In this document: positions 13,184-27,230 of the stretch, piece after piece | Layout of the letters: the number at the start of each line of letters is the position of its first letter | Numbering within the stretch: position 1 is the stretch's first letter | Origin: Antedon mediterranea | Taxonomy: Eukaryota; Animalia; Echinodermata | Length of the DNA stretch: 64,000 bases | Assembly (NCBI RefSeq): GCF_964355755.1 | Contig: NC_092680.1 | Location: forward strand, 1,054,001 to 1,118,000 | Reading direction: 5' to 3' | The notes under the pieces: model-generated | Database searches by the model: none | What the model saw: only the letters and a program-made list of their open reading frames with translations | Told to the model about the DNA's origin: nothing | Position numbers and translations under genes: made by a program

Positions 13184-14656
13184 CTACTGTATAGGCTCTC
13201 GTTTCTTTAATTGGAACCAGTGACCACAATCGCACCTCTGGGGGTCACCGCTGTAAAGGTTAAACCAGTTAACGTGGGTCATTTCTTCCTCACCTGAAAA
13301 AAAAAAATAGTTGTAAATCATTCACCACGATGTTCTAGTCAAGTTTATTAACATTCATCAAATTGTCCAAAATATTGTTTTTACTTACAGATACAACCTA
13401 CAACTCTTTTTTCAAAAACTGATGGAACTTCTATTGGGGCGTCTCTTGTTCCTGGCGCGCAGTGTTTCACTTGCAAATCAAAAGGATCCTGTCAAAAAAA
13501 AACATACATCATAATATCACACAAAATATTAATTAAATAGTGAGTTATAATGCTGCATTGCTTGGAGTCCAGCATAATGATATGATACAGTGGAGGTGTT
13601 GACGGACTATAGAAAACAAAAACCTGTTAAAATGAGTAAAGTTTTTATAGAGTAAACATGGTAATTATCAACACCAACCATCATTATTCTTCATTGTAAT
13701 TACAATATAAAATTATATATAAGTAAACATGTGACGAGTAAACACAATTACACTCGTCTGTGGAGGCTGGATATAAAAATCATGAAAAATGGGTGTAGTG
13801 TTAAGGTTGCAATCATTTACTACACAATGCTTTCAAGATGAATGTATGCATGATAGTGATAAAGTAGGGACAGGGACTGTGAGATTGCGGATGTTTAGCT
13901 TGACCAGTTATTATACACATTAAAACATGTGATAATCATCATTCTGTAACTTACAAGATTTCCTGCTCTTATTGCTTCAAGTTCTTTTTTTTCTAGACCT
14001 GTGGCATGTTCAAATGTTTCAGGAATTCCTATTTTTGAGAGAATAAAATAAATATTTGCAGGCATCATTGATTTGAGTCTTTGACATTTCAATCAATTAT
14101 GTTTGCGTAGTAAGTAGCATTCACAATAAGAATAGAAAACTAGGCCTACGTTTTGCCATACTCTTCACAGTAATTTCTATCAATCATTATTTTATTAATT
14201 AAAAGTCAATATTTTAAATAAAAAAAAAGATTTTTTTGTCTTTCTTACAAATAAATGTAATTGTAGGCCTCAGTCTAGGCTAGCCTAAACACCTCAGTAG
14301 GTGCAAAAGTACTGTGTAGCGCCAAAAAACAATTCATTACAGCTAGGCCCTACCTACAAGCAAATGAATAAATAGAGGCAGCACACTCCACAACAGACAG
14401 CAGAGAGAGCATGCGATGCCTCCCCAGAATAAAATAGTAGGCTGGCTGCTGGCTGTGTGTATGGTGTGTGAAGATCAACGGCGACACCGGTAAATGATTG
14501 AATACAAAATAATACCAATAAAACACAGAAAATAAATTAACAGTAATCATACAAACCTCCTCCCTCTTTTGCAGTTGCCATACATCGGACAACTGGCCTA
14601 GAAATAGCTTTTTTAATATTAAGAAAGGCTGCAGTTCTTAGTGCGAGAGACGCCAT
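13184..14656 (-). CDS. COX5B: Cytochrome c oxidase subunit 5B, mitochondrial precursor (4 exons)
   Basis: Exons 14557-14656, 13955-14028, 13389-13488, 13184-13293 give MASLALRTAAFLNIKKAISRPVVRCMATAKEGGGIPETFEHATGLEKKELEAIRAGNLDPFDLQVKHCAPGTRDAPIEVPSVFEKRVVGCICEEEMTHVNWFNLYSGDPQRCDCGHWFQLKKREPIQ*. Basic presequence, ATGLE motif and Zn-binding GCxC...RCxCG are all present. Confidence 0.97.
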
Positions 14657-15384
14657 TTTGAGTTTATCAGAGATACTGGTTACCCACACTGCACTTCGCG
14701 ATAATTCTATTTTTTAGTAGACTTATGTCGCCACCTATAGTTTTAAAGTTTAGAGGCGAGGCCCTTTGGCAAAAAAAAAAACTGTACAAAGGTCATATAT
14801 GAAATAAAGTTTAACTATTCCAATTTGATACTACTGTACGTTAAAAAATTTCAATTATAAAAAAGGTGAAGTTAATAGATTTATACTGTTTAATTATAAA
14901 ATGACCTGAAATATCTTGGAATGTACGTCTATTTTGTCATGATATACGGTAGAAGCACCGTATAAACTGCAGGGCTATTACAATGTAGTATAGGTGAAAT
15001 AAAATTATTATATTAGTCTAATTTTAACCATCATGGCTTCATGACACATAAAGAGAACAATTTCGAGATATTAAAACGAGCATGTAGAACAGGACTGCAC
15101 CTTTTTAAAATGTTAAGTCTACTTTGTACATTATTCAGATTCTGCGTTTTGTTTAAATGAAGAATATTTAGATAATGTTAAAAACAACAAATATATGTAC
15201 AAAGAATTAGGCTTCTACGAGGTGGTAAATGTCGGTTAGGGATGTTGGACTGACAGAAGTGGGTCTATCCTATCTTAAGGCTCAAATCGAGTTGAGACGA
15301 TTCGTGAAAAGGAAATATCACTGATATAGCCAGTAGTATTAAATGAATACAACTTAAATTATTTGAACTAGATTGGTACGCGAG

Positions 15385-16635
15385 CGAAGCGATTCTCGAA
15401 TACATAGTAATTTCAGCATAAAAACATTGTCGTTTACAGAAACAAATAAATAGACACAATGATTTATGTATAGTCAACCAAAATTAGCACCTAGAAACTT
15501 GTCACAAAATGAGTCGAAATTTGTTATTTGGACTCATTTAAACAAACCCAATTTTGTTAAATTATTCTTTATATTTCTTTATTATCTAATCAGTAACGAA
15601 ATATTTTTTTTATAGGCCTATAAATAATATAGGCCTACCACTAAATAGAGTAAAACATTTCCGATTTAATACTTTATTAAAACTGTCACTGTCTCATGGT
15701 CGATTGAAAAAGTAAAGTACATTTAAAGACCACTAATACGTTAATATTTTTGTAATGATTAATTAATACAAACGTTGAGAAACAACTGACAGTAATACAG
15801 TATATATTATTATGTGTTCATAATCTACAAGTAGGGGCTACCCATACTCACAGTGATAACGTTTATTAGTATATTTGTTTATATTATATCTGACAGTACC
15901 AACACACTTTTGATTCAAATGGCGATCAAAAGTGGTTAATACCTATTTGCAGTACTAGATGGTACGCTCGCTTCGCTCGCGTACCATCTAGGTCGTGCCC
16001 ACAGATGGTTCTCGAATACACAGTAATTTCAGCGTAACAAAACTGGCGATTTCAAATGTAGGCCTACGTACCGCAGGACTATAATACATTGTCGTTTATA
16101 TTTATGTAGTCAACTAAAATTAGCACCCTGGGAATTACTTCCGAAGGAGAAACTTACCACAAAATGAGTCCAAATTTTTGAATTTGTGTTTTGTATGTAA
16201 TAGGGTTGAGGGATGGGAAAGCGGATAGGTACAAAGAGGAACAATTTTTTAATATATTCTTTATCCACTCAGTAACGAAATATTGTTTTCATGTTTTAAA
16301 GGCCTATAAATAATATACCTCTAAATACAGTAAAACTTTGCGATTTAATACTTTGTTAAAACTGTCACTGTCATAATCGATTGAAATATTAAAGTACATG
16401 TCACGATACACCACTACGACGTTTATATTATTGGTAATTATTAATTAATACAAACGTTGAGAAGGAACTGTCAGAATAAAGTTTATTTGTATATCTAACA
16501 GTAGAGCCTATCCACAATCTCAGTAATAAAGTTTATTTTTATATATTTTTATATTACATCTAACAGTACGAACATTCACAGTAAGAAATGCCCGATTCAA
16601 ATGAGGACCAAAAACAGTTAATAGGTATTTACAGT
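15385..16635. repeat. Diverged tandem duplication of a ~600-bp non-coding segment (about 15385-15950 and 16008-16635)
   Basis: Collinear shared blocks: ttctcgaatac, aaaattagcacc, cagtaacgaaatatt, aaaactgtcactgtc, aattaatacaaacgttgagaa. Confidence 0.85.
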
Positions 16636-16654
16636 ATTGTCAAAGTATTGCAAG

Positions 16655-17773
16655 TTTATTCTCAAAGGGCCCATATATTTACCTACCGTATGTGTTAAAC
16701 CAAGGGCTCATAAATTTACCTACTTCTGTTAAACCAAACTCTGGCAGACAGAGAGATTGGGATGTTCCATTGATCGCAAATCAATACATTTGTATAATCG
16801 TATATTAAATCTATCAAAATAGTATTTTTTTAAGAAAATCGGCCTGTCCTCAACATTATGATGCTGTACTCTAGCTGTTCAACCGGTTTTCAGCTATTAA
16901 AAACAATCGTATGAGGAGATAGAAAAATGCGATGCCTCCTCGCATTTTTGTGGCGGGTATTTTTCAAGATGGACATCCATTAGACAGTGTATACTACGAT
17001 CGGAAAACACCCCTATTTGGGGCAAATCGTTGAACCTAAATTCGTTTTAATCGTCAATAACTAATTATCTAACATAATTTAATTAGTAAACAGGGTTACA
17101 TCATGTGGTTAAAATCAGTACCGAAAGTACGAACCAACTTTATATAGGCCTACCATCAAGTAAAAATTCTAGAAGTAAGGCGCGATTTACCGAATTTTGC
17201 CCTTACGTAAATTTATATATAGATTGTATAGCATTACAATACTATTTCTGTTTATTCTCCAAGGGTCTATAAATTTACCTACTTGTGTTAAACCATGGAG
17301 GTATGCAATAATTTGGAATGTTCCATTCATTGCAAATCAATACATTTCTATAAACGTATATTAAATCTATCAAAATAGTATTTTTTAAAGAAAATCGGCC
17401 TGTCTTCAACATTATGATGCTGTACTCGAGCTGTTCAACCGGTTTTCAGCCATTAAAAAAGGTTATCGTAGGAGGAGATAGGAAAATGCGAAGCATCCTC
17501 GTATTATTGTATGCGGGTATTTTTCACGATGGACATGTATTAGACAGTGTATTCCACGATCGGAAAACACCCCTATTTGGGGTCGTTGAACCTAAATTCG
17601 TTTTAATTGTCAATAACTAATTATCTGACTCAATTTAATTAGTAAACAGGGTTACATCAGGTGGTTAAAATCAGTACCGAAAGTACGAACCAACTTTATA
17701 TACCATCGAGTAAACATTCTATAAGTAACGCGCGATTTACCGAATTTTGCCCTTACATAAATTTATATATAGA
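16655..17773. repeat. Tandem duplication of a ~520-570-bp non-coding segment (about 16655-17222 and 17250-17773)
   Basis: Long near-identical stretches, e.g. aagaaaatcggcctgtc...cacgatcggaaaacacccctatttgggg...aaaatcagtaccgaaagtacgaaccaac. Confidence 0.9.
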
Positions 17774-18276
17774 TAAAGTTAAATAATTCCCGTACACATA
17801 CTGTGACGCTTATTACTAAATATTCCGAAATTCCGCTTTAGGCCTAATTTAATTCTCTACATAATGTGGTGATCCATTTTAAATGTGAAAATGAATCAAT
17901 GTGGGGAAAAAACAACGATTAATCAAATGAAGATGAAAGGTCGGGGACATATTTTAATTTAATTTGATAATAATTAGAGTGACAGTGGCATTGAACTGTC
18001 ACGGTTTTCAACAGCATAAACATCGATTTCACATTAAAAATGATACGCTTTGTTGTGTATGATCAATATGACAACAATAAAGGCAAAAAGTCAATATCTA
18101 TACTATTTTTTTTTATCTTCTATTACATTTTTTGCAAATCATACAATGGAGCTGCAGAATTAATTAATATTATAGCTCCATGATCATACCGACATAATGA
18201 TATGATATTAGTATATAAGATTGTCAGCCTGGCCATGATTAAATGTGGATTAATATGAATAAGAGGACAACAATCA

Positions 18277-18441
18277 AGCCTTGTCTACACTATCAAACTT
18301 TATGTGACAAAAAAATATGATGTACCCATATATGGACATGATGATGTCACATTACTGTCATATTTGGCCATCACTACCATATTTGGGCACATCAAACTTG
18401 TTTTTTTGTCAAACATAGTTTGATAGTGTATAGACAGAGCT
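18277..18441. mobile_element. Harbinger/Tourist-like MITE, family H1 (TIR AGCTCTGTCTACACTATCAAACT)
   Basis: Terminal inverted repeats with TWA-type flanks. Other copies at 24871-25043, 30190-30348, ~51250-51380, ~54678-54833; partial copies near 4440-4545, 6822-6900, 19900-19960, 36690-36834. Confidence 0.75.
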
Positions 18442-19055
18442 TAACATTTTGCAGCAGGCATATTCGTAGGGCACACTCGCCTGCTCCACGTAAATGCAAA
18501 AGATAAAACTTAAAGTGCTATATTGCGTAATCACAATTGGGAACCGACGACGCAATAGTGCTGCAAACATCGCAGGTTTGATTTCACGCAGACCGGGGGG
18601 CGGGGGGGGGGGGGCGGGGGCAAACCCAAATTGGAAGGGCATTTGCTTATGTTGCGTAGGTTGTGTTACGTTGCGTCGCTAGTGGGAACCATGCTTTAGG
18701 GTGGTTAGGGCCGCAAACAAATCCTGTATCTCCCACTAATAATAAGTGCAGGTGGTGTGAATAATTGTAATTATAAAAGGTAATTTCTCGGTTGCATGAA
18801 TGCATTAAATGCATTGTTACAAATGTCTTCTGTTTCAATAATTAATCTCTAAAATTAAATTGCTTGGTTTAACACTTGAATATTAATGCATATCTACAGA
18901 ACTAGGCTTCCGATATCAATATTATCTATAATCTAATTCGATAAATTATCTCGATTTACCACACAAAGTGTGACTGATTCCCTGTCGGGTATCGGGTAAT
19001 AATTACGTTCAGTGCAGTTGTTGCAATGGTTACGGTACAAGAGTGTCGATTGAAA

Positions 19056-21540
19056 ATGGTCAGAAATAGAGAAGTTTGGAAACACAAATGGGCTCATATG
19101 GCGGGATGTAAGATTTTTTTACAGTAACATTAAATGTATTTCGTATTAATAATACTCTTCTTCTAAATTACCTTGATGAATACTCATATCGTACAAAATG
19201 CCATTCTATTCAAAAGTCTAAAATGTTATTCGAAAAAAAATGTAAAAAGCTTTTATTAAAGAATTGGGTCTTACCTTTTAACGAATCACCGACGGTAAAA
19301 CCTCTAAACGCTCCCATTAAAGGCTACTTTCCAACACGAATTATTAGCAAATATTATTTTTTTTCTTTTCGTATAACTTTCTTTGTTTACTCATTTTGTC
19401 TCGCAGATATGTTTTACGAAGGTCTACTGATAATATTGTTAACGAATTCAGGCTTAACAAGTGGTAAGTATTATAATTGGCAGGCTACAAATGCTATACA
19501 ACTTCTAAAGTTTACTATAATTTATTTTGCATGTTTTTTTTTTCATTTAGCTTTTTAAATTACAATTGGGTTAAACTATTATATTTACTGGTCAATGTTT
19601 CAGGTAATTCGTGTGGCGGAACATACAATGGCGTTGGAGGAAATATTACTTCTCCGAATTACCCATCTGATTACGATAATCACCACGAGTGTGAATGGAC
19701 CATTACGGTAAGCTTAAGCTCACTTAAGCTTGGTTCCTACTAGCGACGCTACGCAAGGGCGTAACGCAACGTGAGTGATTTACCAATCACAGGCAATGGA
19801 TTAATGAACAGTGTCTCAGTGTCATTTGGTCAACTCGCTTGCGTTGCGCATACGTCCTTGCGTTGCGTCTCTGCTTTGGGAACCAATCTTTATGAAGAGA
19901 TCTCAATATCACTATCATATTTGATCATATCACACCCTTTTTGATAGTGTAGACAGAGCTTAAAAAGTTCTTCAAACGTTATTGGTAAATTACTTTCAGG
20001 AATATTTATTCAGAAAACTATACATTTTATTTTCCTATAGGTTCCCGATAATCACCTGGTTGTGATTAGATTCGATGACTTTGAGCTAGAAACTCAAAGT
20101 TCGTGTAGCTATGACTACCTGGCGATTGATCTAGAAGGAGACGGAGTGGATAACCAAGATATAAGGTAGGCTAATCATTATTTCTTATTATATTATTTTT
20201 CTGCATTATCAAACAACAGTGACGTAACATCGAAGATAATCCAAAAACTTAAAAAAAATAATCTTTTTCTTTTTATTTAATACTTCTATATAACAATACA
20301 ATACATAATGTCAAAAGTAGGCCTAACATAAAAAAAACCCAAATAACAAAATATATAATGATAAATCAAAACAAATAAAACCACTCTGTCAATTCAAACT
20401 TAATATTACTAATCAAGATTTAAGAAGTTTCATTTTTTTGTCAATCTTATTATTCTTACAAGCAATATTATGTTGTTCGATAAATTTTTCGAATTTTAGA
20501 ACATTTTTTAAGTTTATAATCTTGATTATAGTTAGTTTAGGCCTAATAATAATGATTAAAAACATCATTAATGCGATAAAGGCCTGTTGTACGAACAATA
20601 TCGATACATAGAACAATATACACTTTCGTACAGAAAACTAAAATAAATTAGAACAGTTTTGATTCTATAACTATTTATTGTCGATTGTTCTTGTCCTAGT
20701 GTAAACAGACATTTAGATAATATATAAATTAAATTAACAAGTTGTCATGTGAATTATCTTATAACCAACATTCTTTTATTTAGCCAACTGATAAACAATT
20801 TTAAACTAAATAATAAACCTAGGCCTATATTTAAAATATATATTTTCTTCTTTACTCGCGTATTATATTATCAGAATCGTTTACGTTACAGGTTTTGTGG
20901 TACTGGTGCATATCCATTAGTATCGGAAGGAAGCACTGTGAATTTGGAGTTTGATACCGATTTTTCAATAACGGAGAGAGGATTCGACATAGCATGGACA
21001 GCAGTGGCAAATGGTATTGGTTCCTAGACTGTGTAGACATTTTTAAATGCCCTATTTATAAAACACATTTTAATATACAAAATTTAGACGCAATACAGTA
21101 ATATTTGGGGGTTTTTTTGTACAAAGGTTAGGCCTACTTCAGAAATATTTTCTATTGTAATATTTTGGAAGACATGAAATCAATGAACTTAAACACACAA
21201 AGAATCTATAATGGTTCATCCAATCATGGAGAAATAAGTTAGGACTTATTTCTCCGTGATCAAAACTTTTAGGAGTTATTATAAGATTATTATTAATGAC
21301 ACCATTGTAAACGATAAGATAATATAAGTATTAAATATTTTATCCGTTTATTTTATATTGACACTGTTGATTCGTCTATTAGTTTTTTAAATATTTTGAT
21401 ATAGTTTATTTTATATCATTGTTGTTACTTTGGGAGTACGGAACCTGAACTCTTGTTATAGTGATTAGGTTCACTTTTAGGTCCCTGCCTACTCCCTTAG
21501 TTTCTGTGTTTTGTTTGTTTGTTACTGGTTTTTGGCAATA

Positions 21541-21578
<38 letters not shown>

Positions 21579-24500
21579 GGTTTATAAAGCGCACAAAGCG
21601 ATTGTGAAAAACTTGTACCTGAAAACAACAAATATTTTTGAAAAAACCGGAATTAAAATAAAATCAGACGAATCGAACCCACATCACTGCTTCCGTTTAC
21701 CGCCGATTTAAGGTGCACAGACCTTCCAGCACATTACTCACTGGTGTTGGCCTACTCATAATTAAAAGAAGATCTGTTTGAAAAACAATTTTGTTTGATG
21801 ATGTCCAAAAGTAATTGTTAGTAAAACAAATACAGATTGACCAGGGAAGATTTGAATTCACTGGATGGACTATACATTTATTAATCTTACATTTCACTTA
21901 GCTTCCTATTTCTGCTGCTAATCTACGAAATTAGCTCAATAATAATTCTTTTCTTGAACAGGTCTAATTTATTTAGGATGTTTTAAAGACGCGTCGTCTA
22001 GAGCAATGTCTGATGCAAGTACAAGTAATAATGGCATGACAATAGAGTTTTGCATCCAGTATTGCAATGATCTAGGACACTTGTACAGTGGTCTACAGAA
22101 TGGTGGATCTTGTTTTTGTGGTGATGAGACGTTTGGTGAGAAAGGACAAAAACCAGAAAGTAACTGTAATATGCCATGCAGTGGTAACGCACAGCAAATA
22201 TGCGGCGGAAGTTACAGGAATGCTGTGTATTATTCTGGTAGGTTAAACAAAATATTCTCAGAAGCGCGCGTTTGATTTCGTCAAAATAATAACACCTTAT
22301 GGATATTTATCCAATACGAATACGGTTAAGCCTATCACAAATCGCATTAAATTAAGAAAGTCATTATGGTAAATAAAGACAACATTTTGATACTGTTTAA
22401 ATATGTTATTTTATCAGGTATAGGAAGCAATCAAGCGACTACCAACGTTATAACGACCACAGAACTTAAAACGACGCACAAGCCTACTACCGAAGTTGAA
22501 ACTACGACGCCCGAAGCTACTACCGAAGTTGAAACGACGCCCGAACCTACTACCGAAGTTGAAACGACGCCCGTACCTACTACCGAAGTTGAGACGTGTA
22601 AACATTGATAATAAATATTTATATTTAATTATATAATAACTGTATTTATGTTCTAATACATGAATGTTCTAATACATGAATGTTCTAATACATGAATGTT
22701 CTAATACATGAATGTTCTAATACATGAATGTTCTTAATACATGAATGTTCTTATATTGTACGTACCAGCCGGAATTCTAGACAGCATTTTTTGCCTTTCA
22801 TAGGCGACATCTTTCTGCACGACTTGTAAACCAATGCAGTAGGTCCTATAGTTATGCTTTTCAGATTTTCCTTGAAATGGCAGAAGGATGCTTTCATCGC
22901 GCCTGCGCATTAACCATTACCAATATTAAGAAAGGGCGTACAATATAATATATAATATATAGAATATTATATTTGACAGGCACAGAATAAATTCCAAACC
23001 GCCCGGTGAAATACTGAAATTTAATTAATTAATTTGAAACGATAAAGAAAGAAGAAAATCTGCGAGAAAGAAAAAAAGTCGCCCCGACTGATATTCGAAC
23101 CCGGAACCTTCTGTTTGATATGCAGATGCCCTAATTTCATGGTATTGTTTAAACCCGATTGAATAATCTTACTAATAGTCTTAATCTTAACGCTCAAATA
23201 ATTTTACCTACAGATGTTTGTGAGGACATATTGGGTGCTGTAAATAGCAATATCAATATTCCAGACAATAGATTCTCAGCATCATCCCAATACGGTGGTG
23301 ATTACAATGGTGCACACAGAGCACGTCTGAACACACAGTTACAACCAGGTGGTAAAGGAAGCTGGAAAGCAGCCACTAATGACAACATGCAATGGGTGCA
23401 AGTTGATCTCTGTTATCTAACAAACGTATCGGGAATTATTACACAAGGTCGAAATAATAATAATAATAACTTTATACATTGTGTTTCAAAATATAAAGTC
23501 CTCTACAGCGCAGATGGGATTAACTTTGTAACAATATCTGGCATGAATGATACAGATAAGGTAAAGTTAAATTTCACGGATTAGTTTATGTTTAATAAAA
23601 GCGTTAGTAAAGGGCCTTTCACACATGTTCCGGCACGGTTCCGGAAATATAAAGGAGATACATAACACATCCATTCAATCTTTTATTTTCGGATCTTTGA
23701 TTTCTGGTTCATACTAAAACTAACAATACAGTAGTATATTTTGAATGTTTATGTAGGCTATGTTAAGTGACATCATGTATCTGCTACATATTCAAAGCTC
23801 TATATATTAATCTTTAAACTAGCTAGGTATAGGCTTGTAAACACAGAATACTTAACTTTATAGAAATTTACTGGAAACAACGACCGGGACACTGAAGTGG
23901 TCAACATGTTTGATGATCTAATCGAGGCTCAGTTCATCCGTGTAAACCCAATCGAGTGGTCTACAAGAGTGTCGATGCGATTCGCAGTTCTTGGTTGTCT
24001 CGTCAACACTTCATGTCCAGGTAAGGTAAACTTAACGTACTTAACCGGTCCTCCGGTTGTATCTCCAATACTACAATATTTTCCCAGTATCATAGGAATG
24101 ATTTTAATACAATATCTTTATTGGCATCAATCGAAATTTGTAGGTTATGAGTTAGGTATGATACTAGGAGATACATAATACATCCATTCAATCTTTTATT
24201 TTCGGATCTTTGATTTCTGGTTCATACTAAAAAGTAAAATTACGTATAAATGATCAAAAACATAAACTGGGTACTGACTAATTACTACAAGTGTGAAACA
24301 CATGGGATGATGTATTACCAATCTTCCTATGATACTGCAGATATCGAGATACAATACAGAGAATTGTGTGACGTACTTACAGACCAGTCGACGTTGTAAC
24401 CGATTGATTTGGAGTATAACGTTTGTCATTGTTATCATTTTCGTTCACACATATATAATATTTGTTTCTGTAACAGCTATCAGCTTATATATAAATATGT

Positions 24501-25177
24501 TATTTTTTGTGATTTATGTTTTCGGTCAACCCCTAAATATTATTTTTTTGATATTATAGAAATAACCTACTTTTGCAGATGTATTATGATGAAATATGAA
24601 CATTATTTCAACTGTTTTGTTTTGAAATGTAATTTTAGTTAAGTATCATGATGTATAAAATAAACATAGTGTAAGCCTATTTAATTAACATTAATTTATA
24701 TTCATGTGATTTTAGTATAAGAACATTTGGAATGTATTGTTGTAGAAAACAAAACGTGAGTATCAACGGATTAAGAGTTAAAACCACAAAGCCGTGGACT
24801 ATTCTTTATTGTAAGGAATGCACTGACTTCCACAGAACTTCCGGCCATACCAACGATCTTGCGATTCTTAAGCTCTGTCCACACTATCAAACTTTCTGTA
24901 ACAAAAAAAATGTGATGTGCCCATATGGACATGATGTCATATAAATGTTATTTTGAATTGAATATCACTACCATAAGCATATCAGTACCATATCTGGGCA
25001 CATCACACCTTTGTCCAACTAGTTTGATAGTGTAGACAGAGCTTAAGAATTTATAGGCCTATTCAGATAAAACTGAAGGAATGACTTCACATTTTCCGAT
25101 GCCTTTCTTTAACACGTATATGTTTGTTTTCAGGGTGTCGTTTGTCTAATCAACGCAGTATCGTCATGCAGCTTTAG
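19056..25177 (+). CDS. Secreted or anchored CUB-WSC-mucin(PTTEVETT)-F5/8 type C (discoidin) multidomain protein, copy 1; 3' end uncertain
   Basis: Exons 19056-19107, 19407-19463 (hydrophobic leader), CUB 19604-19707/20041-20165/20892-21013 (CGG..ITSPNYPSDY..CEWTITV..FDDFELE..CSYDYL..RFCG..FDTDFSITERGF), WSC 21962-22237 (YLGCFKD..MTIEFCIQYC..GLQNGGSCFCG..CNMPCSGNAQQICGG), mucin 22418-22597, F5/8C 23214-23560 and 23864-24020 (FSASS..ARLN..WVQVDL..GIITQGR..AQFIRVNP..MRFAVLGC). Last exon 25134-25177 is tentative. Confidence 0.85.
19727..19889. mobile_element. Harbinger-like MITE, family H2 (TIR AGCTTGGTTCCCACTAG)
   Basis: TIRs flanked by TTA on both sides. Other copies at 33495-33675 (clean TTA TSD), 30171-30481 and 49723-50308; partial copies near 170-250 and 18500-18696. 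Confidence 0.75.
22649..22752. repeat. 16-bp minisatellite (tgttctaatacatgaa), about 6 copies
   Basis: Tandem copies directly visible. Confidence 0.9.
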
Positions 25178-27230
25178 TTGAACCACATGAAACCATTAAT
25201 TGTTACAGCTTTAAAAAAAAAGTTGCTTTCAATAGGCCTATATTACTTAAAATAATCGACAATGTAAAACTGCATGGTAATTTAAAATGTTAATATAAAT
25301 AGTGTATATTTATTAGTGTTTTTTTTTTTCGTAATTTATGAACCTATTAAAAAATAGAAATTAATTATACGTGTCTGTTTTTCAATTCTATATAGATAAT
25401 TTTTAGTCCATAATTGATTTACGGTCAATTCTTGACAACAGCAGTCAATAACTTCATTACAATAATAAAACAAGCACTAGTATTGCACAATATAATTGCC
25501 AAACTGACCGTAGAATACCTAATGAGCATCTGGCTCGTTCTTAGAAGATAAGAAGGAGATCCGCCATCGGAGGAAGAAAGTTAAGCATGAACATGGCTGC
25601 AGTCGCGTGCTCAAATTAAGTTTACCGACCAACAGACCAACATAGTGAGCTGTAGTGTCGAGTTTACACGAGACTAAAAAACACAATTTAAAACGTTATT
25701 ATTGTACTTTAAAAGTATCATAAATATTCCAAGGATGGCGTTATTTACCATGTAATAGGAGCTTAATAATAATAATATACAAAGAATGAATAATTCGCGA
25801 TTTCTTCATCAATATGAAAAGAATATAGGCTGACTGAACACCTAAAATCCACCAAATTGTAATGAGAAATTAAATCCAAATCCCCAGGCTTTTAAATTAT
25901 CACAACCCACCCACCATCGAGTTTCGTTTACTCTGCTTCGTCGCAAATCGTAGCTCCAACCCACCCACCATCGAGTTTCGTTTACTCTGCTTCGTCGCAA
26001 ATCGTAGCTCCAATAGACCAACGTCTTTGTTGGTATTATTCCATGTATTTATTTTCATTCATAATTTTATGCTATTTTATAAATTGTACTGTCCTTGGAA
26101 AGCAATAAATATTACTTACTTACTAACCAGGCCCTAACATAATCCAAGAGCAAAGCAAACACAAGCTTGTTTGTCCAAAAGACTTTGGAGCGCCCTCAAG
26201 TTGACCTAAATGTCGCCGCCTATAGTTTTATGAAAGTGTTTTTGGATTTCCATCCACAACCAACCAACAAACCAACACCTTATTTACCATTATTATGTTG
26301 TTTTTTTTTATTTAGGCATATAATCTATAATGTTTCAAGTTTTCATTAGAACATGAGTACCAATTTGAATGAACATATACAATAGAAGCCTCCTACAAGG
26401 ATATAACACTTGATAAACACGTTCATATTTATTTTAAGATACTTATTGACGGAATATTTAAAAAATATTCTAAACAATCTTTAGAAAGAGGAAGATCTTT
26501 ATTTAATAGATATAATATTTTAACCCGACTCAAGATCCTGTCTTCTTCCTCCATCCCTTCCCCACCCCCGCCCATATTAATTGTTATTTGTATATGTCTT
26601 TTCTTATTTATTCCATTATTGTTTCAATCTTAAAAAGGAAGTAAATAAATGTTACTTTGAAATTGAATTGAGTAACAGACAGTCTATGACGTTAGGCGGT
26701 AAAGTGAAAGAAAAGTTTATTCAACTTGGAATGTTGGTTGGCAAGCAAAACAATATCGATGATCTAAATATATCTGGAATATCAATATAACTTGATTTTA
26801 AAATATTGATTATTGATATGAAGACTCATCAGTGGAATGTGTAGATACTTTAGCACCATTGACTGAATATGCAGAAACGGTTATGTCCAAATTAAAGGTA
26901 TGTCTACACTTTCAAACTTTACGTGACAAAAAATGTGGCGTTTAAGATGGTGACTATGCATAATGTGTAGTATAGTTCTTTCACGGTGTAATGAATACAT
27001 ATCATTAACACAATTAATATTCTTGTATTTCAATAGTCAAATAAAAACCCATGTTCAGCAACACTATTATTATTATACACTATTGATCAATATCCTACAC
27101 ATCACATGTTATGCTAAATCGATAAAAACACTCGATATACTATACCCCTGCCTTCTGCCTTGTTGCCAAGATTATCACGTAATACTTCCAAGGCAGTTAC
27201 TATACTGGAAGGATTGTCTAAGTGTTGAAA

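Noticed and set aside
14350-14510. GC-richer segment in COX5B intron 1 as a possible snoRNA
   Set aside because: No convincing C/D or H/ACA box arrangement could be identified by eye.
18409-18682. Poly-Pro/poly-Gly ORFs
   Set aside because: They arise from a G-run inside an H2-family MITE remnant (homologous to 50150-50308).
23078-23137. tRNA-like sequence on the minus strand (GGTTCGAAT)
   Set aside because: The 5' half and acceptor stem are incomplete; at most a tRNA/SINE remnant.
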